Part shown: in pieces, positions 1 through 14,085 of the stretch
Layout of the letters: every line of letters starts with the position of its first letter
Numbering within the stretch: position 1 is the first letter of the stretch
DNA from: Octopus bimaculoides
Taxonomy: Eukaryota
Direction: 5' to 3'
Length of the DNA stretch: 64,000 nucleotides
Assembly (NCBI RefSeq): GCF_001194135.2
Contig: NC_068982.1
Span: 41,769,146 to 41,833,145, forward strand
Notes under the pieces: generated by a model
Database searches by the model: none
Told to the model about the DNA's origin: nothing
What the model saw: the letters and a program-made list of their open reading frames with translations, nothing else
Translations under genes and position numbers: made by a program

Positions 1-56
1 ATATATATATATATATATATATATACATACATACACACATACACATATATATATAC

Positions 57-445
57 ATCATCATCATCATCATTATTTAACGTCCGCTTTCAATGCTAGC
101 ATGGGTTGGACAATTTGACTGAGGACTGATGAACCAGATGGTTACACCAGACTCCAATCTGGAAGAGTTTCTACAGCTGGATTCCTTTCCTAACGCCAAC
201 CACTCCGAGTGTGTAGTGGGTGCTTTTACGTGGCACTGGCACGAGGGCCAGTCAGGCGGTACTGGCAACGGCCACGCTGAAATGGTCTTTTTTTATGCGT
301 CACCTGTACAGGAGTCAGTCCAGTGGTACTGGCAGTGACCTCACTCGAACGTTTCGTTCATTTGCCACCGGCACAAGTGCCAGTAAGACAACACTGGTAA
401 CGATCACGCTCAGATGGTGCTTTTTACGTGCCACCGGCACATATA
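57..445 (-). mobile_element. RTE 3' UTR fragment with (ATG)n tail
   Basis: Reverse complement of the 54150-54378 tail. Confidence 0.75.
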
Positions 446-480
446 TGTTTATATACGTACATGTATATATACATATATGT

Positions 481-568
<88 letters not shown>

Positions 569-1170
569 GGGAGAATTCACGAAAAAACAACAGACGAAGA
601 CAGGTGGTGTAAACAACAAATGGATGTATTAGTATAACGCTCGGGATATAAGATTGTGATTGTTAAAAAAATAGCATCTATACATTATGTGTATATTAGC
701 ACTTAATGATGATAAAATGAAAATTGTTTTGAAACAAGTGCGCTGATTCAGTATTGCTAGTACATGTCTAGGATATTTCTGTTTATTTCATGATGTTTGC
801 ACTATTTATAAACAGAGTATGGTGTTATTTCAACATATAATATATATATATTCTATGAAAAAGTCAAGTAGCTTACTTTAACCCTTTCGATGGCAACCTA
901 CTTTAGACCACCTCTAGTTTTATGTTAAAAATGTTACAAAACCATCTATTATTAAGTGTTCTTATTCAAATCTAAAGCCTTCCATCGTAATTATATATAG
1001 AAACCTTTTGTTAAGTTCATATATGATGAGTAGATGAGAACATGTTAGTTAATTAACCAAACTGTTCCAGTTATTTTCAAGTGGCACTTTGGGCAATGTC
1101 TTCTACCATAACCCCAAGTCAACCAAAGCCTTGTGAGTGAATTTGGTAGATGGAATCTGAAAGAACCCCT

Positions 1171-1219
<49 letters not shown>

Positions 1220-4200
1220 AATGCTATCAACTCTTCTATGCAAGAATTGGTCTACAGAGTCATCAACAGTATCACCATCAAGGAAGCGTTCAACAGAGAA
1301 GAAAAAATACTTAGATACGAGATAAAAGCTGACAGCAGCGGTAAATGTGTGTGTGTGTGTGTGTGTGTAAGGTGCAAAGTCTGCAAATAATGCAATACAA
1401 AAATGAGGTAAATAATAAACATATTAGTTTGTTGCTCTGGAAATGGATAAATAAGAGACGGAAATGTTTCTAATGTCTTGTGCATTCACTCATCTTCCAA
1501 AAGCTAGGCTGGACATTGAGGAAACAAAATGGCAATGAAAAACTGGTGAAGGAGAAAAAATACTGAAGGTAAACAAAATGGCAAAGGAAAAACGCAGGCC
1601 TTTTCAAACATCATGGCATATGTATACGTGTATATGTGTGTGTGTGTGGGGGGTGTATGAGCTGTGTCTGAGTGTGTGTATATGTGTGCCTGTGTATATA
1701 TGCGTGTATGTGCATGCGTATTTGCTTTTCACACACACACAGCAAGTGTTATTATCATACAATGTCATTCATTTCTAATCTTTCATGAAAACATGATTGA
1801 CCACAAGGAAATATGGGGATGCAAACAAACCAACACATGTTGTCAAGTGATGGTTGGTAGACACACATTATGGGCTTCCACACAGTTTCCATCTACCAGA
1901 TTCACTTACAAAATATTGGTCAACCTGGGGCTATAGTAAAAGACACTTGTCCAAAGTGCCATGCTGTGGGATTGAACCCAAAAACCACAGGGTTGCAAAG
2001 CAACCTTGTTATTTGTACACATGAGCGCGCATGTACGCACACACACACACACACACACACACAGAGGACACACACATACATTCTGCCTTCTAATCATAAA
2101 AGAAATAATTCCTACTGAAGATATAGACAGTAATTGTGTGTTCTGTCTATCACAATAACTATTAACTGAGTAACTATTCTTTGTTAAAACTAAAATAGTT
2201 ATTTTGCTAACTTGATACTGCCATTTCCTCTAAAACATAAGAATAAAGCTGATGTTGTAACAAATATGAAATTTAATAAACAGTCCACCCTTTCAGTGAC
2301 AGAGGCTACTGATTCTTGAATGGAACATTAGATGTAAGATGAGTGGAATTTTGGCAGAAAAACATAGTCTTCTCACTGACTTGTGTGAACTAAACACTGC
2401 AGTCTGATCTCCCTCACACAGACATGCTGATCACTATTTTTAGTTAACACATCTTTACAAGAAGGTGTTAGAACAGGAAATTCTTGACAGTTATTCTATT
2501 TCGGATCTATATAAATAATTAATTTTCAATCTTATCTTTAGAAGATTGGGTGCTATAGAACTAATGAAAATTGGCTGAAAATTCCACCATCACTATTATT
2601 ATTCTTTACCATCTGCCAACAATAATAACAACAACAGTTTTTTTTCAAACTGACAAATGATCCATTACACAATTGTTTGACTTGCTTGAAATAGTGGCTA
2701 AGTCTCTATCAGATTACATCTTACCATCTTAAAGGTTAACAATGTAGTCTCTTATATACAAAAAGTCAGGAGGGATGGTCATGTCTGGAATGCTTTTTAT
2801 CATAGAGCTACTTGATCAAGGATAACTTGGAGTTAAACAATAACAACAACACGAGTAAAATTGTATTTTTTCCCCTTGTCTGAAATATTGTGCCTTGTGG
2901 AAAGACTCATCTCCTACACATGAAAAATTTATACCAATTAGCATGGGAAGATGACAGACGAAATAGGACGCAATTAAAACTCCTTCAAGTACCCACAATA
3001 TTATTTTCACTACATTACTCATTATTATTGCGAGTGTGCGCATGCGCGCACGCACACATACACAGTGGTGTTGATAACGAGTTTATTTAATTTTGTCGTT
3101 ACTATGCTAGCATTTGGAACATGAATTAATATGACATTTTGATGGGAAGTTTTAAATTAAGTCACATTGAAACAGGAAAATTTTATGATAGAACCAGAAG
3201 TGGTCTTAGGTGTGTTGGTATCAAAAGGATTAAAATGCCTTAGCAAAGAACAGCTCCTCCATTAACAAATGGTACAATTGATGAAGGAGTCTCTGCATTG
3301 TTAACTGCAGCAAAATCCTTCCTTTAATCTTATCCCATCATCTAAAAAAAACAAAAAGTATACATTGGAAAAGTTTGGTAGAATCTTACATATACAATCT
3401 AGTGAATTGAAAATATTTCATCACCTGAGATTTATTGAAGCATATAGTAGGCAGAAACTACTGCAAATAGTGTTTAACATTTAACAAGTAAGGGAGATAA
3501 CTCCGATAAAATCAGCTAATTGAAATCTTGCAATGATATACATAACAATGCAACTTGGTATGGATCTGGCTTTGAAAATCAGTTAGTGAAAGTAAGGTGC
3601 TTGTATCAGTTTTGCTGGACCTCAGTGAACCATATTCTATTCACTTATAAGAATAAGAGTGATAGACATAGGTATGGCTGTATGGTTAAGCTCTATGCTC
3701 CCCAACCATATAGTTTTGGGTTTAGTTTCACTGTGTGTCACCTTGGACAAGTATCTCTCGCTATAGATTCAGGCTGACCAACACATTTTGAGTGGTGTTG
3801 GTGGATGAAAACTGAAAGAAGACTGTCGTGTGTGTGTGTGTGTGGACTCTGAGTCAACTGTCATCAGCTTGCTTACCAATCACATGGTTCCGGGTTCAGT
3901 CCCATTGCGTGGCACCTTGGGCAAGTGTCTTCTACTATAGCCTCGGGCAGACCAAAACCTTGTGAGTGGATTTGGTAGATGGAAACTGAAAGAAGCCTGT
4001 CGTATATATGTATATATGTATATATATATATANNNNNNNNNNNNNNNNNNNNNNNNNNNNNNNNNNNNNNNNNNNNNNNNNNNNNNNNNNNNNNNNNNNN
4101 NNNNNNNNNNNNNNNNNNNNNNNNNNNNNNNNNNNNNNNNNNNNNNNNNNNNNNNNNNNNNNNNNNNNNNNNNNNNNNNNNNNNNNNNNNNNNNNNNNNN

Positions 4201-4623
4201 NNNNNNNNNNNNNNNNNNNNNNNNNNNNNNNNNNNNNNNNTAACTTAGCGGTTCGGCAAAAAGAGACCGATAGAATAAGTACTAGGCTTACAAAGAATAA
4301 GTCCTGGGGTTGATTTGCTCAACTAAAGGCAGTGCTCCAGCATGGTCGCAGTCAAATGACTGAAACAAGTAAAAGAGTATCTTTCCAGGAGAAGAAAATT
4401 CCCAAATAACACCCACCTCATTGCAGAACTCATGCTCTTCGTTGTTTCTGGACTTCTTAGCTTTGCAGGTGAGTCTTAGCATGTTCTGCAAGCTGTTTTG
4501 ACTTTTAACTGTCAGCACAGGCATTACTGACAGCCATTGTCTTCAACATTTAAGATATAATAATTTGTTACTGATGGTCATACTCCTCTATGACTTGACA
4601 GTCACCATGTATGTATGTATGTA

Positions 4624-4660
<37 letters not shown>

Positions 4661-4941
4661 TTATAGGAGTATGTGTGTCTGTGTTTCCCTGTCTTGACAT
4701 TACACAAGAGTTGTAAATGGGTGTCACTAGCATTCAAGCAGTGTCCCCTGTTTTGTAATCTTCCTTGAAAATATGTCTGGCCATGGGGAAATATTACCTT
4801 GCTTGGAAACATGCGAGGGTTGGCTACTGGAAGGGCATCTGGCCATAGGAAAATCTACCTCAATAAATTTTGTCTGATTTATGCAAGCATGAAGAAGTGG
4901 ATGTTAAAACAGTGATGTATGAATATATGTATGTATGTCTA

Positions 4942-4999
<58 letters not shown>

Positions 5000-5241
5000 T
5001 AAATTTAAGTCACAATATATGGATTCAAGTAATCTGGTAGTACTCATAAAAAAGGCCTCTAAATGTATCATTTTACAAAACATATAGAATATATAGTATG
5101 GTACACAAGAAAATGATAAGGGGTGTATAAAATCATAAATGATAGAGAAATAATTTGATGAAATTTATTTTTCTTATTGTTAAATAGGATTTTGTCAAAC
5201 TATTTCTCTGTCATTTATGACATTATATACATATGCGCATA

Positions 5242-5284
<43 letters not shown>

Positions 5285-5863
5285 CAGTGATGCTAATTAT
5301 GAATATTAATTTCAAGTTTTGACACAAGGTCAGCAATTTTGGGGAGGGGCCTAGACAATTACATCTGCCCCAGTGCTCAAATGGTGCTTGTTTCATCAAC
5401 CCCGAAAGAATGAAAGACAAAGTCGACCTCAGCAGAATTTGAACTCAGAATGTAAGGCCGGACAAAACACTGATTATGAATATTAACAATATAACTCAAG
5501 GAAATATTCTCAACTCACTGTGTTGTTGCATATGTGAGACTTCATTGTTTAATTTGTGTTTAGTATGCAGAATGCTTCCTGAAGTATTTTTCACAACAGA
5601 TCAGTCAACCAAGTAGAGGCGTCTTCATTACAGACTCTGTTTATTGATAGTGGTAGCATAATGGCTGGAAAGAGACTGAAAAATTTCTATGATGATAATC
5701 ATGATGGTGGTGGTGGTGGTGGTGTTGGTGTTGGTTTCCTCCTCCTACCTCTTCTTCATCTTCCTTCCTCTTCTTCAGACATGGAATGTAATTTAAAAGA
5801 AAGGCCGAACTGAAATGAGCTGAAGATATCTTTGGGTGGTCAAGGATGCATGAAGGACAAGAA

Positions 5864-5925
<62 letters not shown>

Positions 5926-6369
5926 CATCATTATTTTATGCAGTATCAAAATGAAGCATTGGTGATGTTAGGCTGAGAACTTAGAACTGTAATTGTGAAG
6001 TTGTAGTGGGAAATGGTAAATAGGGAAGCAACAGTTCATGAGTGAGAAATGTGGTAAAATTTTTAATTCAATTTTGGCTGTGATGAAAGGAATGGAAAGT
6101 TATTTAACTGCTTGTGAATTAGTGTCAGTTTCAAAATTTGGTGTTAGTAAATATGTTACGTCAGATGCAGGTGAGGCTGTGTGGTTAAGAAGCTTGCTTC
6201 CCAGCTGTGTTGTCTTGAATTCAGTCTTGCTGTGTGGCTCTTTGTGCAAGTGTCTTCTACTGTAGCCCTATGGTCAACCAAAACCTTGTGAGTGGATTTG
6301 GTAGATAGAGACTGAAAGCTGAAAGAAGCCCGCTATGTATGTGTGTGTGTTTATATGTGCCTGTATACA

Positions 6370-6433
<64 letters not shown>

Positions 6434-7288
6434 NNNNNNNNNNNNNNNNNNNNNNNNNNNNNNNNNNNNNNNNNNNNNNNNNNNNNNNNNNNNNNNNNNN
6501 NNNNNNNNNNNNNNNNNNNNNNNNNNNNNNNNNNNNNNNNNNNNNNNNNNNNNNNNNNNNNNNNNNNNNNNNNNNNNNNNNNNNNNNNNNNNNNNNNNNN
6601 NNNNNNNNNNNNNNNNNNNNNNNNNNNNNNNNNNNNNNNNNNNNNNNNNNNNNNNNNNNNNNNNNNNNNNNNNNNNNNNNNNNNNNNNNNNNNNNNNNNN
6701 NNNNNNNNNNNNNNNNNNNNNNNNNNNNNNNNNNNNNNNNNNNNNNNNNNNNNNNNNNNNNNNNNNNNNNNNNNNNNNNNNNNNNNNNNNNNNNNNNNNN
6801 NNNNNNNNNNNNNNNNNNNNNNNNNNNNNNNNNNNNNNNNNNNNNNNNNNNNNNNNNNNNNNNNNNNNNNNNNNNNNNNNNNNNNNNNNNNNNNNNNNNN
6901 NNNNNNNNNNNNNNNNNNNNNNNNNNNNNNNNNNNNNNNNNNNNNNNNNNNNNNNNNNNNNNNNNNNNNNNNNNNNNNNNNNNNNNNNNNNNNNNNNNNN
7001 NNNNNNNNNNNNNNNNNNNNNNNNNNNNNNNNNNNNNNNNNNNNNNNNNNNNNNNNNNNNNNNNNNNNNNNNNNNNNNNNNNNNNNNNNNNNNNNNNNNN
7101 NNNNNNNNNNNNNNNNNNNNNNNNNNNNNNNNNNNNNNNNNNNNNNNNNNNNNNNNNNNNNNNNNNNNNNNNNNNNNNNNNNNNNNNNNNNNNNNNNNNN
7201 NNNNNNNNNNNNNNNNNNNNNNNNNNNNNNNNNNNNNNNNNNNNNNNNNNNNNNNNNNNNNNNNNNNNNNNNNNNNNNNNNNNNNNNN
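6434..7288. other. Assembly gap (largest of seven)
   Basis: N-runs at 4033-4240, 6434-7288, 11959-11968, 19139-19148, 52016-52444, 53931-54139, 63151-63237. Confidence 0.98.
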
Positions 7289-7289
7289 N

Positions 7290-7321
<32 letters not shown>

Positions 7322-7392
7322 GAAATAATACATTTCTAAATCTCTCAGAGAGATTTATGCAGTAGTGATGTGATAAAGTAGTTGTATGCTGC

Positions 7393-7676
7393 CAACTTAA
7401 TGTGACAGTCACATGAAGGGAATAATACTACTGCTGTTCAGCCCTAGGAAGCAGCACCACTTCCTGTCAGCCTTGACACATTTCCTGTGTCCTTAGTCTT
7501 TTCTCATCATCAAAAACATGTCTCTGGATGAAGGCTTAGCTAAGTGGAGGTGCTTGTCTCCCCCTTGTAAACATAAGGACACAGGAAATGTGTCAAGGCC
7601 GACAGGAAGCGGTGCTGCTTCCTAGTGCTGAATAGCAGTAGTATCATTCCCTTTATGGGACTGTCACTTTAAGTTG
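7393..7676. repeat. 103-bp inverted repeat with 78-bp spacer (fold-back/MITE-like)
   Basis: 7393-7495 versus reverse complement of 7574-7676: 8 mismatches by hand count. Confidence 0.9.
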
Positions 7677-7699
7677 AGGTAAGTGAAATCGAAATCGAA

Positions 7700-8186
7700 C
7701 TAAATTCGACGACTGGCACCCATGCCAACGTCGTCTCCTTCATTGGACACGAAACTCAGCTTGCGAAGACTTATTAGGGCAAGCGAAAGCGAAATCGGGA
7801 TGGCACCTGTGCCCAGCGTTGCCTTTCTGGCACTTGTGCCCAGCGTTGCCTTTCTGGCACTTGTGCCCACAGCATGTGTAAGGACTTTCGAGCGAAATCG
7901 TTGCCAGTGCCCCTGGACTGGCTCTTGTGCGGGTGGCACATAAAATACACCATTTTGAGCGTGGCCGTTGCCAGTATCGCCTGACTAGCCTTCGTGCGGT
8001 TGACACGTAAAAGCACCCTCTACACTCTCGGAGTGGTTGGCGTTAGGAAGGGCATCCAGCTGTAGAAACTCTGCCAAATCAGATTGGAGCCTGATGTAGC
8101 CTTAGGGCTCCACCACTCCTCAGTCAAATCGTCCAACCCATGCTAGCATGGAAAGCGGACGTTAAACGATGATGATGATGATGATG
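7700..8186 (+). mobile_element. RTE 3' UTR fragment with an internal 27-bp tandem repeat
   Basis: Matches 53900-54378; tgtgcccagcgttgcctttctggcact about 2.5x near 7808-7868. Confidence 0.8.
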
Positions 8187-8993
8187 TATATATATACATA
8201 CATACATACATATATATACATATACATACACACAAACACACACACACATATATACATATACCCATATATACACACGCACACACACACACATATATATACA
8301 CATATATATGCATACATATATATTTGTGTGTGTCGGGGGGGGGGGCTGGTAAATGATGATGATGATAAGTGTGCTTGTGTGTACCCTTATCTAAAGATCT
8401 TGTGATGGTTGTAAAGAGCATTATTGTGATATAAGCAAGATTGTTTGTTTAGAGTCTTCTATGAAAATGTGTTGCTATGGGAAAATATCATGTTTGCCTG
8501 GAAACAGGTTGGGGTTGGCAATAGGAAGAGCAAACTGATCATAGAAAATCTGCCTCAGTAATTTCTGACTGACCCATTCAAGCATGGAAAGTGAACACTA
8601 AACAATGATGGTGGTGTATACGTTTCATTAATTGTATTTCTACTGTTTTAGATAATTTAAAAAATTATTTTTGGTTACATGTGTGTGTGTATTTAAAAAA
8701 AATTTTCTGTGATAGAGCAAAGCAATAACTCTAAAAAATGTTTCTGAATTTTGGATACACAATGGATTTATTGATCAAAATAAAATGTCTCCTATATTTA
8801 GAATATTTTATAATTTTACTTGTTTCAGTAATTGACTGCGGCCATGCTGACACTCCTGGCTTGAAGGGTTTAGCCAAACAAACCAACCCCAGTGCTTATT
8901 TTTAAGTTTGACATTTATTTCATTGCTGAGCTGCAAAACTATGGAGATGTAAACAAACCAATACCTGTTGTCAAGTGGTAGTGGAAATACGCA

Positions 8994-9026
<33 letters not shown>

Positions 9027-9485
9027 CAGGTTTCCGTCTACTAAATTTATTCACAAAGCATTGGTTGGGCGAGGTCTATAACAGAAGACATTTGCCCAAG
9101 TTGGTGTGCAATGGAACTGAACCCAAGACCATGTGGTTACAATGCAAGCTTCTTAACCAAACAGCCATGCATATGCTAAGAATAAGTTTTTTATTTGTTC
9201 TTATCATAGATATCTAATAAACACAACACTTCTTGATAACAGAATAGAAGTGAAGAATGAAATGTTGAGAAATTTCTAACTGTATAGGCATAACAATTGT
9301 GATCAAGAAATTCACTTTGCAACCACATGGTTTCTAGTTCAATCCCACTCTGTAACACCTCATGTGTCTTCTGCTTTAGCCTTGAGTTGTCCATTGTCTT
9401 GTAAGTGGAATCTGGTTGGAGGGAACTGTGCTGAATCATACTGTATATACATAAGTGCATATATATATAAATGTATATGGATACA

Positions 9486-9540
<55 letters not shown>

Positions 9541-9739
9541 TGCAGGGATTGTGGTTGAGAAGTTTGCTTCCCAATCATGTAGTTTCAGGTTCAGTCCTAC
9601 TCCATGACACCTAGGGCAAGTGTTTTCTTCTTAGTCCTGGGCCAACTAAAACTGTGTGAGCAGATTTGGTAAAAACTGAAAGAATATATGTGTGCGTGTG
9701 TGTATGGCTTTTACTCTCTTCATTTTGATATCACACAAT

Positions 9740-10122
9740 TTTGTTGGCACTCCGTTGCTTATGACGTCGAGGGTTCTAGTTGATTCTATCAATGGAACAG
9801 CCTGCTCGTGAAATTAACGTGCAAGTGGCTGAGCGCTCCACAGACACGTGTACCCTTGACGTAGTTCTCGGGGATATTCAGTGTGACAGTGTGACAAGGC
9901 TGGCCCCTTTGAATTACAGGCACAACAAAAACAGGAAGTAAGAGTGAGAGGAAGTTGTGGTGGAAGAGTACAGCAGGGTTCGCCACCATCCCCTGCCGGA
10001 GCCTCGTGGAGCTTTAGGTATTTTCGCTCAATAATCACTCACAACGCCCAGTCTGGGAATCGAAACCGCAATCCTATGACCGCGAGTCCGCTGCCCTAAC
10101 CATTGGGCCATTGCGCCTCCAC
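9740..10122 (-). mobile_element. tRNA-derived SINE family C, full length with TSD
   Basis: Head ggaggcgcaatggcccaatggttagg ... gtttcgattccc; 11-bp TSD TATCACACAAT at 9729-9739 and 10123-10133; inserted in a family-A tail. Confidence 0.85.
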
Positions 10123-10367
10123 TATCACACAATAGTCACTCACATAAAAGCAGTATCAGTTGTTTCCAATTCTCTGTGAAAACATGTCTAGACATGGGAG
10201 AATATTACCATGTATGGAAATAAGTGAGGGTTGACAACAAAGCAGGTATCAAACTGGACCCAGTGAATTCCATCTGATGTAGGCAAGCATGGAAAAGATG
10301 ATGTTAAAAACAATGATGATATTGTTTTCTCTCCTTCTCTCTCTTTCTTGTATCTTATTTCGGTTTT

Positions 10368-10407
<40 letters not shown>

Positions 10408-11426
10408 ATCTTCAGGTGCATTTATGTTTACCTGCGTAAACTGATATGTTGTGCCCCTTTATGTCACATTCAACAGAGATTGATTAAATCAACACTGTGA
10501 TTGATAATATCAACTGCAAATTCTTGAAGGCAGTACCCCAGTATGACCCCATTCCAATAACCAAAACCAATAACAGAATAAAAGAAACTTATTTTTGTTC
10601 TCAGCCATTTTAAAGCCTTTACTACTTATTTATATTTTCCATTAGCAACAGCAGTGATAGACATTTTCAGCCAGCAATTAATCAATAATTTTCAATAATT
10701 ACTTCAACTTGTGATCCATTAAACTATGATTTATGTTTCAATAATCCTTTCTTTTATTAGTTTATCTCTCGTTTGTTTAATAACTTCTCTGTAATGATTC
10801 CTATCTGAATTTTTTATTAAAATCTTGACATATTCTGTGTCTCATTCTTCAAATATGTTTGTGTTATCTAGCCAGAAAGATTGAAAGTATTTCTTTCTTT
10901 TAAGTTTTCCAAATCATAAAATACAAAAAAAAAAAACAAAATTAAAAAACAAAACCACAAAGTATTACAATAAATGTGAACTGCTTTGAAATGGCGATAT
11001 CCCAATAGCTAGAATATACCCAATAGTAAACTGACTGTTTTCCACAACCCCATAAAACTGTGTTGGTCATTTACAACTAAAATAATTTCTTTAAAATCAT
11101 CTTAGGCTTAATGTTATTTTTGAAATAAAAGAAAAATGTTTAAGCTCCTTATTTCCATTAGGTTGAGACAATGACTGATTGTGAGCATTGATTAAGTGTG
11201 AAGGATCAGTTTATCTCATGGGTATAGGTTTAGTATCTGGGTTATTGATTTACAAGAGTATTCCTAACATGGGCTTTGGAATGAAAACTATGTATCCCTA
11301 TGGTTTTGAATAAAGAGGGTTTGCTCTGAAATTTCAAGAATGTTACTTAATATGACAGGCCTTGTTGAAGAAGGCCAGAAAGTACAATGGCTGAAACATT
11401 GTGACTCTGACAACTGAGATTTAGAC

Positions 11427-11575
11427 CAGGCATGGACAACTGTTTTCAAGAAGCAGGTTGTATGGGAGATGGCTCATCATTAGGTAGGCCACATTATGGA
11501 AAAAATTCAAGGTAATTTTTTTATAATTAGGCATGCCATTGAGAAAATCCCACGAGTTGCAGGTTGCTGTGACTG
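11427..11575. mobile_element. hAT-like MITE with a perfect 8-bp TSD
   Basis: ATTTAGAC at 11419-11426 and 11576-11583; decayed TIRs CAGGCATGGACAAC / GTTGCTGTGACTG. Confidence 0.65.
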
Positions 11576-11766
11576 ATTTAGACACTAGTCTGAATATATT
11601 AGTTTATAATTAAGGTTATTCTACAAATTTGAAATTCAGTAAGCATTCACTGCATTTGATAGGAAGGACAGAAAGAAGCAACATGTAAATCCATTAAACA
11701 ATCCATTGAAGAATATGAGTTTATTGACTAATTCCAATTGCTACGTACAAACATCATATTATAAAC

Positions 11767-12027
11767 CAGTAGTTCTCAAACTTTTCAGGTTGCTGCCCTC
11801 GTGGCATCTAGACCACATTCCTTTCAGCCACCACAAACATAGACCATTTTCTGCAGGACATTTGAAATAACTGTATTTCACAAATAAAAATTAACCTAAT
11901 TAACCCATTATTTAGGAGTTTTTTTTTTTTTTTACATCCATTGCTTCCTTTTGCCCTCNNNNNNNNNNCCCCCCCCCCACCTTCCCCGATCTCAAGAGGG
12001 CAGTATCACCCACTTTGGGAATCACTG
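11767..12027. mobile_element. hAT (Charlie-like) MITE
   Basis: TIRs CAGTAGTTCTCAAA / TTTGGGAATCACTG; flanks ttataaac / ctataagc (6 of 8 match). Confidence 0.6.
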
Positions 12028-12944
12028 CTATAAGCCATCCAGAATAGTAACATTCCAAATCAGTATAAGTTGTATATGAAGCAATAACATTTCATACATA
12101 ATAAAATGGACTTAAGGGCAGGCAATATTGTGTGGTGAACAAGTTTGCTTCACAACCATATGGTTTGGGTTCAGTCTCAATTCACAACACTTGCTATAGC
12201 CCAGAGCTGATCAAGCCTTATAAGGAAATTTGATAGGCAGATACTCTGCAGAAGCTAGTCATTTATGTGTTTGTGTGTATGTGTTTGTGCCTGTATTTTA
12301 TGAGGGGGAGTCAGAAAGTAATGCATCTTTTATCTGCATTACTTTTTAACACACACTTGTATATACAAAGCTGAGTCAAAAAATAATGCAAATAAAAATT
12401 GTTACTTTCTGATTCACCCTTGTATTTATCTCATATGGCTTGACAACTGGAGTTGGTTTATTTACATTCCTGTAACTTAGCAGTTCAGCAAAAGAGAGAC
12501 AATAAAATAAGTACTAAGCTTAAAAAAAGAAAAAGGGCAAAGTAAGTACTGGCACTGATTTCTTCAGCTACACCCTTCAAGGCAGTACCATATCACAACT
12601 GCAGTCCAATGATTGAAACATCACCATCACCATCATCATCATCATCATCAACATTTAACATCCATTTTCCATGCTGTCATGGGTTGGATGGCTTGACAAG
12701 AACTGGTAAAACCAGAGGCCACACCAGGTTCCATAGTCTGTTTTAGTTTGGTTTCTATGGCTAGATACCCTTTCTAATGCCAACCACTCCACAGTGTAAT
12801 GGGTGCTTTTTATGTGGCACCAACACCCACACCAGTGCTTTTTACATTGCACCTTGGTTTTAGAATCTCAATTCTGTTGTGATGGGTGGGTCTTCTCAAG
12901 TACGGCAATGCACCACATATCTCAGTTCTTTATCACCTCCTTCA

Positions 12945-13027
12945 TAAGGTTCAGCATTTTGAGATTGCTTTCATGTAAGATTCAGCATTTTGAGATTGCT
13001 TTCATGTAAGGTTCAGCATTTTGAGAT
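12945..13027 (+). repeat. 31-bp tandem repeat, about 2.7 copies
   Basis: Unit taaggttcagcattttgagattgctttcatg. Confidence 0.9.
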
Positions 13028-13312
13028 CAGCCTTCAGAGAGACAAGTAAAAGAATTAATAGAATAAATGAATATTCTTACTAAACATACATATTAGTCTT
13101 CAGCCCTAACAACTTAAATAACTATCACACAACCCACAATACATACTCTGGACTTGTGGTTCTCAATCTTTTTGACTTTGTGGAATACCAGGGATCAAGT
13201 AGAAAAAATTACAAATGCATTTCACATGCAGAGCTTAAATAAAAATTGTTTCAAAGTTAAAAATTTAGAAAACAATGTAGAAAGTATTGCTTACTTCATT
13301 TTATTAATTATA

Positions 13313-14085
13313 CTAGTCGGACCTGTAAATATTTCATGGAATTAATTGTAAACCTATTGGGTTATTTTTGAAAACCTTATTCAAAAAGCCTGAAAGCATA
13401 GTCTGTGTTGTGTCTGTATCAAAAGATAGTCGTTCATCTGCTATTCATTGAAAAGTGAAGGAAATTGGAACATGATGATTACTTAATGCACTTTATATAT
13501 ATACTTTATGCACAATTTTATTGACTTAATACACAGCACTCATAAAATAAATATTCATTGTTATTTTTCCATTTTTCCTGTAAACACAAAAAAATTACAT
13601 TTTAAAATTTACATGGTCACAATTTCGTATCTAGAAATCAAAAATTTTATAGTAAAAGAAATTGTCTTATATGTAAAATATAGGGGTCACAATTTCATGG
13701 GCGTAAAAATATAATGCAACATAGCTTACTCTGAAAACTACATCGTTGGTAACTTATAAGCCTAGGCGATGGGTCAGAACCAATACACATTTCAATTTGT
13801 GTACACTTTTCAATCCAATAGTTCTTTGCAGATTATGTTCTTTGTGTAAGTTCTCCCTCTTCTTTTCCCTTGTTTGTCTCACATCAGATAATTTGCAAAC
13901 CCTTGAGAATGCAACATATAGCTGACTATGGCTGAATACAGATTCAGGCAAGAACAGCCTCACTTTAACAAATGTCTGCCTTTATGATTTATTGATAGTC
14001 ATTGCATATGACAGGCAAATGGGAAACTGGTTTCTTTCTAAAGTGAATGGCAAGTTTGGGATGTGCATGTGTTAAGTGATAGGTG
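13313..14085 (-). mobile_element. Helitron 3' remnant (PIF1 helicase C-terminus, 3' UTR, hairpin, CTAG end)
   Basis: Minus strand [64 protein letters not shown]-stop; imperfect hairpin 13322-13339; terminus CTAG|T at 13313. Confidence 0.8.

Noticed and set aside
220-637. ORFs rich in YI/IY, CV/VC, HT or X runs (here and across the window)
   Set aside because: Translations of (TA)n, (TG)n and N-gaps; not genes.
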